This document shows positions 13,604 to 26,044 of a stretch of DNA of 64,000 nucleotides, piece after piece. Both the position numbers and the translations under genes were made by a program. Origin of the DNA: Octopus bimaculoides. Lineage: Eukaryota. The stretch is from NCBI RefSeq assembly GCF_001194135.2, contig NC_068984.1:24188325-24252324 (forward strand), read 5' to 3'. The stretch's first letter is position 1. Each line of letters opens with the position of its first letter. Under the pieces are notes generated by a model that saw only the letters and a program-made list of their open reading frames with translations, was not told the DNA's origin and did no database searches.

Positions 13604-13790
13604 CACATATACGATGGGCTTCTTTCAGTTTCCGTCTACCAAATCCACTCACAAGGCTTTGGTTGGCCCGAGGCTATAGTAGAAGACACTTGCCCAAGGT
13701 GCCACGCACCTTGAATGAACCCGGAACCATGTGGTTCGTAAGCAAGCTACTTACCACACAGTCACTCCTGCGAAACAGATGAAAAAGACT
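13355..13790 (-). mobile_element. SINE family A, near full length
   Basis: Reverse complement of 31995-32412 with internal CA/TA microsatellite. Confidence 0.9.
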
Positions 13791-15229
13791 ATAGTTCTGG
13801 AATAAACTTTGCCCAAGTATTTCCTAAAGGGTTTACTAAATGAGAGACAATATTGATAGCGGAAGGATAAAAGATAAAAGAATCTGATGAGCTTAGATGA
13901 GGGTAGTGTACAGAGAAGCAAGAATCACTGTAGTAAAAAGAAAAGCAAAGACAAGATACAGCACATTGCTGAGCTATTGAAGGTTTACCAATCAGTCAGA
14001 TGGCCTTATGGGTATGGGGAGTCAACCAAGAACATTTATGGGCAGTAGTAGCTCTCTACAGATAGTCTATCACTAGTTATATATTTGTCTTATAAAAGAA
14101 GTCAGCAACTATTCAGAGCTTTAATAGTTTCTAATTCTGCTGAGAACATCTGGCTTTCCAGTCACAGCTTTGATTATATTATAGATATACAGTTACAATG
14201 AAATATCATAAAAGATTGTAGTGCTAGCATTTTTAGGTTTTTTTTTAAGGTTTTAGTTGTAAATTGTTCATAAATAGATAAGTAAATGGCTGTGTTTTTG
14301 GTGTTTTGAAAGAAATCAGTCTGATATGTTCTCACTGTAGAGGTTTTTTTAAAACTTTTTTTCAAGTCTTTCTTCGTGGAAGCAGTGCATGTCTGGGGTA
14401 ACGTATTTGTGTTTTCATTACTTTAAGGTTTTAGTCAAAGAAGAAAAGGCAGCCTCAGTGACTGCTTTCAGGGCATCTGAGAATAATCAAAAGAAAGGAA
14501 GTCATCTTCAGACCAGAGACCTGGCCAAGTAGATTTCCAACGACCAGTTGTAGATGTTAAATGAATGTCATATATGGAAAGTTATTGAGAAGTGAAGGTT
14601 GAATAATTTGCATAGGAGTGTGCGTGTGCGTGCGTGTGTGTGTGTGTGATTAGAAGTAAGAGTAAGTGTTGTTTATCTTCAGGTAATTACCGAGTTCACC
14701 TTTGGTTGAAGGAACTCCAACCTTGAACAATCTTGTCTTTCATTCAGACACAGTGTATCTAGAACTACACTATCCAATGTGACCTTTTGAAACAGATTGT
14801 AATTTGTGATTTGAGATAGATTTGACTATCATTTCTACAGGTCTGGATGATCAAGTAGAAGATTCTTAATTTAAGCAGGTCATTTATGTAGAAAAGAAAG
14901 TGTGTGTAGGCATATCTAAACAATGAAGTGTATCAGAAAAAGATTACACTGACATATTCATCAATGAAGACATCTAACATGAAACATCCATTTCAAGAAA
15001 TGGAATCTATGCGAAGCTGATAAGCAGGAAACTTTGCGAGGAAGTTCTAAAATTTGGCTGGTGTCAAGGGCAAGAAACCATAGGAGTTCACACCTAACGA
15101 GGGAAAGAGACTCAAATGACAAAGGTAATAACGATTTATGACAATAAGACAGTGTCATATGTTTCTGTTAGATGGGATGAGACAGTGACAAATGATCAAG
15201 ACCTTTGGCAATATGCTGTGCTTGAGAAG

Positions 15230-15485
15230 AAAACCCATCATGCCAAGTGAAATCGTAGTCGTGGAAGATACTGGTGTCACACAAACTGGCACCCATGCCA
15301 GTGACATGTAAAAGCACCCACTACACTACACTGAGTGGTTGGTGTTAGGAAAGGCACCCAGCTGAAGAAAACATGCCAAATCAGACTAGAGTCTGGTGCA
15401 GCCCCTCAGCTTATCAGTCCTGGTCAAACCATCCAACCAATGCCAGCATGGACAACGGATGCTAAATGATGATGACGATGATGAA
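15230..15485 (+). mobile_element. RTE-LINE 3' UTR fragment
   Basis: 'aaaagcacccactac...gtggttggtgttaggaaaggc...ccagcatggacaacggatgctaaatgatgatg'. Confidence 0.8.
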
Positions 15486-15595
15486 AAGTGGGAGAGTTTA
15501 GGAAGGATAGAGAGCATCCTGATAGAATGAATAGAATTTGAAAAAATTTGTTTCATTGAACTGAAGTGATGAGGTGAACAACCAGGAAAATGATG

Positions 15596-15652
15596 ATATC
15601 CTGTTGTGTTTGTCCAGAGTATTTGATCATATCCTGTTGTGTTTGTCCAGAG
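15596..15652. repeat. Short local tandem duplication
   Basis: 'atatcctgttgtgtttgtccagagt' occurs twice, about 32 bp apart. Confidence 0.85.
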
Positions 15653-16821
15653 TGAGAATGGAAGCAAATTGGGAAGAAAATATGATGGTTTTATGAGCAA
15701 CGGTGTAGAGAAAGAAGTTTAACATTCGTTGGCTATGCAATATTAACTTGAGCACAAGTGAGATGTTAGTGTTGCTATAAAAGATGACTGCTGTGATATG
15801 GTGACATTGTCATCATCTTATTCAACTAATATTTGTATGGCAAATGATTTTTATTATGAAAAGCTACAGAAATGATGGAGATTTAATGGATATTTTTAAG
15901 ATTAAGGCTTTGCAGACAATATAGTATTCATGACCAACAGCATCAAACATAAGAGACCACAGACCACAGAAAAAATAGAACAAAAACAAAGAGAAGAAAA
16001 CAAACTTTATGAATTCCAGAAAGTATGAATTTTTTGCACATTAACTAAGTAGGCCAGTTCACCTACCTACCTTAGATGCTACTCAAAAGGAGGCAATGTT
16101 GAACATAATGTAAATAGTACCATGCCTTCAAAAGACTAGAGAGAATGTGATCAACATTTGCACAAATTTGCACATCTTCATTTTTAATGTCATTGCTCCT
16201 GCTAAATATGCTGGTGAAAACTAGTAAAGTACCAAGGAAGTAGAGACATTTAGAATCATTTTATAAACAAAATACTTCAGAAGAATTTTAGACTAAGAAC
16301 AAATTTAAAGGCAAGAAATAACAGATTTGTCTGCATAACTCACAGAATTAACCATTGTTTGGAACAAATTTAAGTACACAAGTTATGTTTGAGAAGAGAG
16401 GAAGAAATCATAATAAAACAATCCTTTAAGTAAGAAACATACAGAAAAAGAAGGAAGGAAGGAAGGAAGGTGATAAAAGTAGAGTATGTACTGAACACTC
16501 CTACAGGAAGTTAAAAAAGGGGGTGGGGAACCGTCTTGATCCAAAATAGAACTGGCTTAAAATACAAAGTGGACAGTGTGACCCTTTATATAGCCCATCA
16601 AATATCGTTGGAAGGATATGAGATGAGATAAAATAGTCAGACAGATAAACACTGGAATATGTTTTCTTTTCATTCATTTTTTTTTAACATACATAACTTG
16701 ACATGTGCTTCCATTATAACAACGTACACAAACAATCACACATACAATGTAGGTGTGTATCAGTACATCAGTACATGCAATCGCCTTACACAAAATACTT
16801 ATTATTTCCTACATGCGTTAC

Positions 16822-16856
<35 letters not shown>

Positions 16857-17434
16857 NNNNNNNNNNCTGTCAGTTGATACATTTTCACAAATATACAATA
16901 ATATTTTATAATATAGACACAGATATATTCAAAGAACTCATGTTTATATATAAACCAACTGTGTATCTGTGTATGAGACTAATTTTCGCGTAACAACAGT
17001 AAAATATATTCACCTATAAAACATTATGGGTTTATTTATACATAAATATGCATGTGTGCACGTGAATGTTTGAATTAATAATATATTTTGGTCTATCTGC
17101 AAATGCTTCTTGATTCGTATAAAAATATGAAGATATCGTTATACAAATATTAATTAATTTTTAGTTGTGTGTGTGTGTGTGTCTGTATATGTATGAACTT
17201 AAACATCTATGTACACAATGACCATATACATACATCTATACAATTTTGCATGCAGATACATAATAATATATATGTATATATATGGAAACACATATACTGC
17301 ATATATTAATGTATATACACAGAAATATCTTTTTATATACATACGCAGCTTTCTACATTTATAAACATTTCCCAAAACATGAATTGATAGAAGAGCATGA
17401 AGCAGTATTTAAGCTATATGGATTTCAATAAGCA

Positions 17435-18057
17435 NNNNNNNNNNNNNNNNNNNNNNNNNNNNNNNNNNNNNNNNNNNNNNNNNNNNNNNNNNNNNNNNNN
17501 NNNNNNNNNNNNNNNNNNNNNNNNNNNNNNNNNNNNNNNNNNNNNNNNNNNNNNNNNNNNNNNNNNNNNNNNNNNNNNNNNNNNNNNNNNNNNNNNNNNN
17601 NNNNNNNNNNNNNNNNNNNNNNNNNNNNNNNNNNNNNNNNNNNNNNNNNNNNNNNNNNNNNNNNNNNNNNNNNNNNNNNNNNNNNNNNNNNNNNNNNNNN
17701 NNNNNNNNNNNNNNNNNNNNNNNNNNNNNNNNNNNNNNNNNNNNNNNNNNNNNNNNNNNNNNNNNNNNNNNNNNNNNNNNNNNNNNNNNNNNNNNNNNNN
17801 NNNNNNNNNNNNNNNNNNNNNNNNNNNNNNNNNNNNNNNNNNNNNNNNNNNNNNNNNNNNNNNNNNNNNNNNNNNNNNNNNNNNNNNNNNNNNNNNNNNN
17901 NNNNNNNNNNNNNNNNNNNNNNNNNNNNNNNNNNNNNNNNNNNNNNNNNNNNNNNNNNNNNNNNNNNNNNNNNNNNNNNNNNNNNNNNNNNNNNNNNNNN
18001 NNNNNNNNNNNNNNNNNNNNNNNNNNNNNNNNNNNNNNNNNNNNNNNNNNNNNNNNN
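17435..18057. other. Assembly gap (N run)
   Basis: Ns. Other gaps at 23698-24071, 29951-30103, 49596-49935, 50392-50453, 62600-62763 plus several ~10-nt gaps, many abutting (TA)n. Confidence 1.
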
Positions 18058-18090
<33 letters not shown>

Positions 18091-18331
18091 AACAACATAT
18101 ACACATTTGTATATATACATATACAAATATAAACATTCAGACTTACATACACACACACAACATATATATATACATACATATATATACACTTATACAAACA
18201 CACATATATATACATAAAGAAGACAAGACAGATGAAGAATGTAAACAAACAAAAGCCTCGTAGACAGAAATAGACAGTGATGCTGGCACCCCATCCTCTA
18301 TAGCATCATCGTCATGATGTTCTTGTGTCAG

Positions 18332-18388
18332 ATCTAACCTAGCATCCTGTCTGAGAAACAAGAAAGAACACTATGTCACAGCAGACAG
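18332..18388 (+). CDS. Candidate exon (SNLASCLRNKKEHYVTAD, phase 2-2; or start MSQQT from ATG 18373)
   Basis: tcttgtgtcag| acceptor and consensus cag|gtaagt donor, 57 nt. No recognisable homology. Confidence 0.3.
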
Positions 18389-18742
18389 GTAAGTTATTTC
18401 ACTCTACAGCTGCAACAACACCGATCGACGGAGGAAAAAGAAGGTGCAACAAAGTCGTAATGATTTACGCTTATGAAGCATATCTTTGCCGAGTTAATCA
18501 ATACAACGACATACACACAAGCACATAGCAGTAGAAATTCTTTCGGTAGGAAAGGAAGAAGAGGGGAGATGAGGTTAACGGAGCTCCGACAGTGCATTGT
18601 TATTTAGCAGTGGAAGTTAATTAATTAATAACCCCCCCAGGCATTCAGCATCTAAGTAAGGTAAAAAAAAAAAATATTTCAAGGTCTCATTAATGGTTTA
18701 TAAGTTTAGTAGGTTGTGCTTTTTTTTTTAATGTTTCCTTAC

Positions 18743-18900
18743 TTGAATAACAGGCTCATCTAGGAAGAAAACACGGTGTGAGGGCAGCTTGTGTTCTTTT
18801 ATCTCGGCGGTACACCATTTCAGCCACGAGAGATCTGCTGTGCAGCGGATTTTCTTCTGCTGTGAAGCTTCATTAGTGAACGGTACAAGCCTTTTAGTCA
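18743..18900 (-). CDS. Candidate first exon of a leftward gene (5' UTR with uORFs, possible start MSLLF at 18759)
   Basis: caa|gtaagg donor on minus strand inside the CpG-rich zone. 5' boundary unknown. Confidence 0.25.
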
Positions 18901-19462
18901 GGTTTTGTGTTTGTATTTGTGTATGGATGTTTGTATGTATATATATGTGTGTGTGAGTGTGTGTTTGTTTATATGTGTGAAGTGCGAGGTGTGTATTTGT
19001 TTGAACGAGGCCTGTGTCTATGTGCATGTTTGTGTTTGTGTATAAGCGTGTGAGTATATGTGTGAGTACGTATGTGTGTATGTTCGCACGCACACGTTTG
19101 TATATGTATATAAGGTGTATGTTTGTGTGAGATATGAGCGTGTTTGTGTCTATTTGTGTATGTGCGTGTTAATGTTTAAAGAGAAGGAGAGAGAGGAGGG
19201 AAGAAAATAACAATAGGAAAAGAGAAAGCGAAACGGACAATGATGTATAAGGATAGATAGAGAGAGAGAGAGAGAGAGAGAAGGATGAGTGAGGGGCGCC
19301 GTGAGAGGAAGGTAAGAAGGAATAAGAAAGAAAGTAATAGTGATAGAGAGAAATAGAAAATTGTAGTCGGAAATAAAGGGAATCAAATAACCCTGGAATA
19401 GATAGATTTAACAGTTAAGCAAACAGAAATACAGATACAGATTGAAGAGTTAGAAAGACAAA

Positions 19463-19517
<55 letters not shown>

Positions 19518-19610
19518 TGAGATTAGACAGACAGATAGATAGACAGACGGACAGACATGCAGACAGATCAATAAATGAACAAATTAGTCGACAGATAGAT
19601 AAATCTACAA

Positions 19611-19641
<31 letters not shown>

Positions 19642-19682
19642 CGCGCACGCAAAGACACAGAATAGACAGACAGATAGCTAGC

Positions 19683-19729
<47 letters not shown>

Positions 19730-20269
19730 ATTAGATACATAGAATGGACACATTAAGAAAATAGACTAGACGAATAAATAGAAAAAAAAAAGACAAAGAG
19801 ATGGTGATACAAAGAAAGAGGCACAAGAAAATGAGATTGGCATTGAAATTGTGGTACAGTTTAAGTGCTCAGGAACTTCGTGGCATCAATACTTTGAGTG
19901 CACTTTAATCATCATTTCAGGAAGAAAAAAAAGTGATTGGCAACAAAAGTTCCGATGATGCAGGTATTACCTGTCTGATATCACTAATATAACAGGTAAA
20001 AATATATCATGTAACTATAAAGGAGGTATAAGGTTAGGTTTGTTCCACAAAAAGGTGATAGATAGTTGAGATGATATAGCTGGCAATTGTTACATTACCA
20101 GAATTGAATTGATGCTGTTACCATTTATTTGTAAATAACTGAATATACCGATTATATAGCAAATGGCCGCAGACCTTGGCCATATGTTCTTATTAGCAGG
20201 TTGTATTTATTTAGATTAGTACTTTTAGCTAGGTCAGACATATATATATATATGTGTGTGGTGGGGGTA

Positions 20270-20520
20270 CCGGTATGGCTGAGGGGTTAAGAAATTTGCT
20301 TAACAACCACTTGGTTTCAGGTTCAGTTCCGCTGTGCTGTGTCCTTGGGCATCTTCTGCTATAGCCCTGGGCCAACCAATGCCTTGTGAGTAGATCTGGG
20401 TGATGGAAACTGTACACACACACACACAATAACAAAAACAACAACAACAACAAGTGATCTTGGTTTGTTTACATCCCTGTAACTTAGTATCACATCAAAA
20501 AGAGACCTATAGAAAAAGTA
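20270..20520 (+). mobile_element. SINE family A, partial
   Basis: 'ggtatggctgaggggttaagaaatttgc...ctatagccctgggccaacc...ccttgtgagt'. Confidence 0.75.
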
Positions 20521-20869
20521 TCACCACCACCGGTGTCGTCATTGTCATCATCATTGTTGTCATCACCTGGGTTTGAATAAATAAGTATGGGGTCAGTTCA
20601 AGACAGTGTCCTAATATAGCCACAGACAAATTCTTGAAAAGAAAAGGAGAAAAGAATACATATGCACACAATGTGTGTGTGTGTGTGTATATATTCGTGT
20701 ACATGCAAAAGATAGAAAGATAGCTAGAGAGATAGACAGAGAGAGAAAGAGAAAAAGAGAGAGAGAGAGAGAGAGAGAGATGGCTGTGGTTAATAAGTTC
20801 TCTTCCCAATTATGTGATTTCAGTTCTAGCCCCCCAATTTAGTCACAGACATGAAAACTAAAAGGTCAT

Positions 20870-20904
<35 letters not shown>

Positions 20905-21321
20905 CTTGTCTTTAGATTGCAAACTGGTTGTAAACAAATATTACCATCATACAAACGGTGTCATTAATTTGCAATCTTCCATGAAACAAATAACCAGCCT
21001 TTGCACTAGTGGTGTTTGAAGGACAAGGGGGAAATATTAGCTTACTTGGAAACAGATGAGGGTTAATGACAGAAAGAGCATCCAACTGTGGAAAACCTGC
21101 CTTAACAAATTTCATCTGACCCATGCAAACTGGGAAAAGTTCATGTTAAAACACGATGACGATGACAATGCCACCGCCAATGATTATGACAGGACCCTGG
21201 TGCAAGATTCAAACTTGGTGAGTGCCTTAGCTACATAAAACATGGACACGTCTTGTTGGAAAATTGCACCAAAAAATCTCACAAAAATTGAAAACATATC
21301 TGCTTTTTAATTATTTTTCAG

Positions 21322-21470
21322 TTCTTTCCAGGCAGATGCTGACCATGAGACCTTACGCTATAGTGCCTAAATCTGACATTGGTGAATCCATTCCAGTGTA
21401 TATAGTACCAACCAAAAATAAAAAGGAGAATGGTTTGCCTGATGAGCATAGTGGTGTAAAATTTGTGTAG
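21322..21470 (+). CDS. Candidate terminal exon (..RQMLTMRPYAIVPKSDIGESIPVYIVPTKNKKENGLPDEHSGVKFV*)
   Basis: Pyrimidine tract with three tandem AGs (exon starts 21322, 21332 or 21336), complex non-repeat open frame, AATAAA about 20 nt after the stop. No known homology recognised. Confidence 0.3.
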
Positions 21471-22301
21471 TAGCAAAAAGAATATAGTTGAAATAAACAA
21501 TATACTCTATATCATGTACTGAGTACAGTCTTCTTTCATTGACAAATTGTAACGTCTTAATTCATGTACATGCATACATACATAATACAAATTTGTAAAA
21601 AATTTCAGGGATTCTTCATTTAAGGTTCCTGAGTGAATGTATGCACACGATCATATATATCTATAGAATACATATGCATATACACACACAAACAGTAATG
21701 AAACACATGCACATCAAACAAATTGTTCAGATAACCACTGACCCCAAGAGCTGTCTTGACTTACCCTTTAGCAGTTAAATCAGCTATATCTGGCCTAAAT
21801 ATTCTACTTGCTTTATGTTCAAACTGGCCTGAGATCCAGCCTCTCACACCTATCTTACAATGTCATTCTAAAAATGAACAATCACATCATTGAAATCTCA
21901 AAGCTACAAGGTAATACATGATTAATTAAAAAAAAAAAAAAGTGGATAAAAAAGTAATCTGAATGCTAAATGGCCTTGCTACTTTGTTGGTGGCCAACTT
22001 TAAGTTTGCAAAAACCCCCCAAAAAACTTAAATAAACCACAAAGAAATACACACGCATGTGCACACACACACACAAGCACACACCATTCAGAACAAAGAA
22101 AATAGAAACTATAAGTTGGTCCTGTGGAGAACATTTGTTTTCAGTCACCTGGACTACTGTTCCCAATTATAGTTGCTATATAATGTCAAACTAACAGTGG
22201 AGCTTGAGACAATACAACACTTACAACACCAGATAAGGGGTACAGGGAATCGCTAAAAGAACTGAGACTCTACTCCTTAGAGTGAAAGATATGCAGTTAT
22301 A

Positions 22302-23488
22302 CACACACACACACAATAGAAGTAAATAGATGCCCTTATAATCATTAAAATTTCTTTAAATCTTAAATTATACATTCAAATTATTTATTAATTGTTATAA
22401 TGTGAATATTTAATATTTAGTAGACGTGCATTTTGCATTTTTCAATGCAAGGACCCTATTAGGCATGTTACTGATCAGATGACAAATATTTTCTTGCGGA
22501 ATTTCTTGGCAAGTTTCATGCAGTAATCTCAGAAGGTCTGGCTTTGAAGATGCTTTCTTGTTCTTTTTACAAAGTGTCCTGTCCATTATTTCCCTGTGGT
22601 GTTCAATAGGGTTCATATCTGATGACTGGCTTGGCTATGGAAGCTTTTTAATGCCATTCTCATCCAAGAAACCTTGGGTCATTTTAGCTATGTGACAAGG
22701 AGCTCCATCTTCTATAACTAAAGAGTTTTCTTTAATTATTTCACCACTGGAGAAGATTAGAAAGAGTCCTTTCTGCAATATGGACACAAATTTATCTGAG
22801 TTTATATCTCCCTCACACTCCATCAATTTTGATCAATCATTGCTCCCCAGACCATTACAGAATATCTACCATGTTTCATTGTTGGCTGCAATCTTTTTCA
22901 CATCAAATTCTTGATCACAGAGTCTCCAGACCTACACTCAACCACTGTCAGGAAACACAGCAAATCTGGACTTATCAGAGAATATGATAGAGTCCCAAAA
23001 TGCTAGTGGCCTCACCACCATCTTACTGACCCAATCTTTTCTTTGCTTGATGTTGGCTAGTTGAAGAAGTGGCTTCCTTCTTGCTGCTCTGCTATGTCAG
23101 AGGCCTTGCAACAAGGATAATCCTCTACACTTCTCTTAACAGAGAGAAGGGTTCTGTCAAAGGGCCCTGGTTGATCTGGGCGAGGTGATGTGGACTCACT
23201 CCTTCCCCTCTCTGGAGAATTGTACAGTCACTCTAGTAACTGTAGAAAGTGGGATCCCAAGGTTTTCTGCAACTTTTTGCTGACTATGTCCACCTTCAGA
23301 ATGACCTACAATACGACCTCTTTGAAATTCAGACAGTTCCGAGGCTTCTTTTGTACATGGGATGATTAAACAGTCACATAAAAATGTCAACTAATAAAAA
23401 ATATAAACCTTTACAAGTTAGAATAAACATAAAACAATGTTTTATGGGGTGACTATTTACTTCTGTCATGTGTGTGTGTGTGTGTGTG
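22302..23488 (-). mobile_element. Decayed Tc1-like DNA transposon
   Basis: TA at 22300-22301 and 23489-23490. Inverted core agaagtaaatag (22318-22329 / 23453-23464). Transposase relic inside. Confidence 0.85.
22410..23370 (-). pseudogene. Tc1-family transposase pseudogene
   Basis: Fragments [28 protein letters not shown] (HTH), EDGAPCH (second catalytic D region), MNPIEH (SPDLNPIE-like), LISNMPNRVLALKNAK..TKY. Frameshifted. Confidence 0.9.
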
Positions 23489-23560
23489 TATTAGACAAGA
23501 AAAGATAACAAAGCCAAGGCTGTGAGGAGTTTTCAGGACATTTATAAGGAAAGAGATATA

Positions 23561-23608
23561 GTCTTACAGCTGTTTCTGGGATATTATGGATATTCCTTCA
23601 TCAGAGAC
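23561..23608 (-). ncRNA. Minimal type I hammerhead ribozyme candidate
   Basis: RNA: GUCU-CUGAUGA-AGGAAUAUCCAUAAUAUCCCA-GAAA-CAGCUG-UA-AGAC. Intact CUGAUGA and GAAA cores, 4-bp stem I, palindromic stem III, UA at the cleavage site. Stem II imperfect. Confidence 0.55.
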
Positions 23609-24071
23609 GATGTGAGAGAGGTGAATGTTTGAGTTCAAAATAAGGAAATTATTATGGAAAAGGAGGAGATGGGGAAACAGAGGGAAATATGAGAATGNNN
23701 NNNNNNNNNNNNNNNNNNNNNNNNNNNNNNNNNNNNNNNNNNNNNNNNNNNNNNNNNNNNNNNNNNNNNNNNNNNNNNNNNNNNNNNNNNNNNNNNNNNN
23801 NNNNNNNNNNNNNNNNNNNNNNNNNNNNNNNNNNNNNNNNNNNNNNNNNNNNNNNNNNNNNNNNNNNNNNNNNNNNNNNNNNNNNNNNNNNNNNNNNNNN
23901 NNNNNNNNNNNNNNNNNNNNNNNNNNNNNNNNNNNNNNNNNNNNNNNNNNNNNNNNNNNNNNNNNNNNNNNNNNNNNNNNNNNNNNNNNNNNNNNNNNNN
24001 NNNNNNNNNNNNNNNNNNNNNNNNNNNNNNNNNNNNNNNNNNNNNNNNNNNNNNNNNNNNNNNNNNNNNNN

Positions 24072-24225
24072 AAGGGCATCCAGTCATAGAAAAAATCCAG
24101 CCAAAACAGATGAGTGGAGCCTGGTGCAGCTCTAGGGTTTACCAGTCCTAGTCAAACTGTCTAACCAATGCCAGCATGGAAAATGGATGTTAAATGATGA
24201 TGATGATGATGATGATGACAACAAT
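24072..24225 (+). mobile_element. RTE-LINE 3' tail after gap
   Basis: 'aagggcatccagtc...ccagcatggaaaatggatgttaaat(gat)n'. Confidence 0.8.
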
Positions 24226-24681
24226 GATGAAAAATATAATAGGATTTTTTTAAACATCAAATGTTTATTGGGGTCCAGTAGGGTAAAATAGGAATCAAAC
24301 AGGTACACAGGCAAAAAATGGTAGAGAACCAATGATCCAGAGTAAGGACCCAATACTAAAACAACCTAGGGTTTGAAGGTCCACAGCTTTTTAATACTTT
24401 GCTAAAAAAAACTCAGATCTATGAGGCATAGAAGTGGATGTGTTCAAAAAAACACTTAGACAAATGTTTTATCTGAAATAGCTGACGGACCTACATTTTA
24501 ACAAAAGATACAAATGAGAGTGGTATTGTCCAACTCATTGATTCACTAGAAATAAAGTTGGAGGGAGGGCCATAAAAGTGAAATGCAATAAACAAGCAAT
24601 CACACCAATGGTGGTATCTCAGCATGGCCCGCAACCTCTGGCTGAAACAAGTAAAAGTAGAAAGTAATGTAAGTACATATA

Positions 24682-25040
24682 CAGGGTGTCCCAAAAGTCA
24701 ATGATGGGTTTCAATTTTTAATAACTTGCTTAGCTTCACAAATAAATGCATGAAATTTTGATACAATATACAGGACACAATGAAAATTAATATGCACAAG
24801 CCAAATTTTGCAACACCCCTGCATCACATATGAAAAATGACATTGCTTAAATGGCAGCCATTTTCAGCTTTGCACGCCCATGCTCTTTCCAAAACTTGCA
24901 CCATAACACCCTCAAGATTCTCAGACCCCACTTCTCTGATTTCTCTATTGATGTTCTTCAGTTGCACGAGGTGTACAACCATCCACATTGCTGAGTACCT
25001 TATTTTTTCTAATATATAATACCTGTACATCACCTCCAAA
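24682..25040 (-). mobile_element. 3' end of a mariner/Tc1-superfamily (DD37D-like) transposon
   Basis: TA then TIR-like 'cagggtgtcccaaaag'. Minus ORF ends LKNINREIREVGSENLEGVMVQVLERAWACKAENGCHLSNVIFHM, like the C-terminus of such transposases. Truncated at (TA)n. Confidence 0.65.
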
Positions 25041-25042
25041 CC

Positions 25043-25146
<104 letters not shown>

Positions 25147-25339
25147 TATATAAAAATACAATTCAGGGATCCGAGTGTAGGAAGTTTGTAAACTTCAAGC
25201 ATTGAGTGGCAGGTATAGAGAACAATAAGTAGACAGTGTGCAATAAGAAACAATAATAATTTATTGGCATTCAGAGATACACATTTTTTCCCATGTTGAA
25301 GTTGAGAGGAAGTTTGATAAGCTGATAGTTTCCATACAG

Positions 25340-25369
25340 CTCACAGTTAGCAACTATGGAGTGGAACAG
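25340..25369 (+). CDS. Candidate 30-nt exon (LTVSNYGVEQ or SQLATMEWN)
   Basis: tttccatacag| ... cag|gtaaaa, symmetric length. Could be chance. Confidence 0.15.
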
Positions 25370-25444
25370 GTAAAATGCATGCTGCATATGTTTCTTAGCA
25401 AGCTGAATCTTGTGATGTAATAGTCATGCAACTCTTTATTCTCC

Positions 25445-25700
25445 TTATCATCATTTCGCATCCATTTTCCATGCTGGCATGGGTTAGATGGTTTGACCGG
25501 AACTGGTAAGCTGGAGAGCTGTACCAGGCTTCAGTCTGATTTTGGTTATTATTTTCTATGACTGGATGCCCTACCTAACATCCAACCACTTCAGTGTACT
25601 TGGTGTTTTTTATGTGTCACCGTTATGTGTGCCTCTTACGTGTCCCCATCATGGGTGCTTTTCATGTGTCACTGGCACTGTCTACAACTATGATTTTGCT
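25445..25700 (-). mobile_element. RTE-LINE 3' UTR fragment
   Basis: 'catccattttccatgctggcatgggttagatggtttgacc...tggatgccctacctaac'. Confidence 0.8.
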
Positions 25701-26044
25701 TGACCTGACAAGTCTTCTCCACACACACACACACACACACACTTTTCTTTCTGCATCATACTTTAACCCTTCATCTCCTAGCATAAAGTTTCCTCTTGGG
25801 ATCCATAGTATTACAAGCTGCATGGCAATTTCACAATTGCTGGAAGCATAAATAATGCATCCTGTGCACATTGTAAAGTAGTTGATATTAGGAAAGATAT
25901 TCAGTGATAAAAATCATACCAAAGTAGATAATGGAACATGATGACCTAGGACTCATCAGATCCTATCAAACCATCCTACTCATACCAGTATGAAATATGG
26001 ACATTAAATGATGATGATGATGATTTATGTTGAATGAGAGAGAG

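Larger units (their letters stand above)
18250..19750. promoter_or_regulatory. CpG-retaining island, candidate promoter/5' region
   Basis: Visibly frequent CG dinucleotides in unique sequence against CpG-depleted flanks. Strong donors at 18389 (+), 18741-18742 (-) and about 19312 (+). Confidence 0.4.

Noticed and set aside
17397-18263. Long ORFs of 240-288 aa (also 23564-24135, 49328-50011, 62342-62798)
   Set aside because: They are open only because they run through N-gaps and (TA)n/(CA)n.
18389-18409. GTAAGT...CTACAG as a 21-nt intron
   Set aside because: Too short for metazoan spliceosomal introns.
19861-19908. Hairpin-like 'aagtgctcag...ttgagtgcactt' as a pre-miRNA
   Set aside because: Pairing is short and bulged, and there is no match to a miRNA I recognise.
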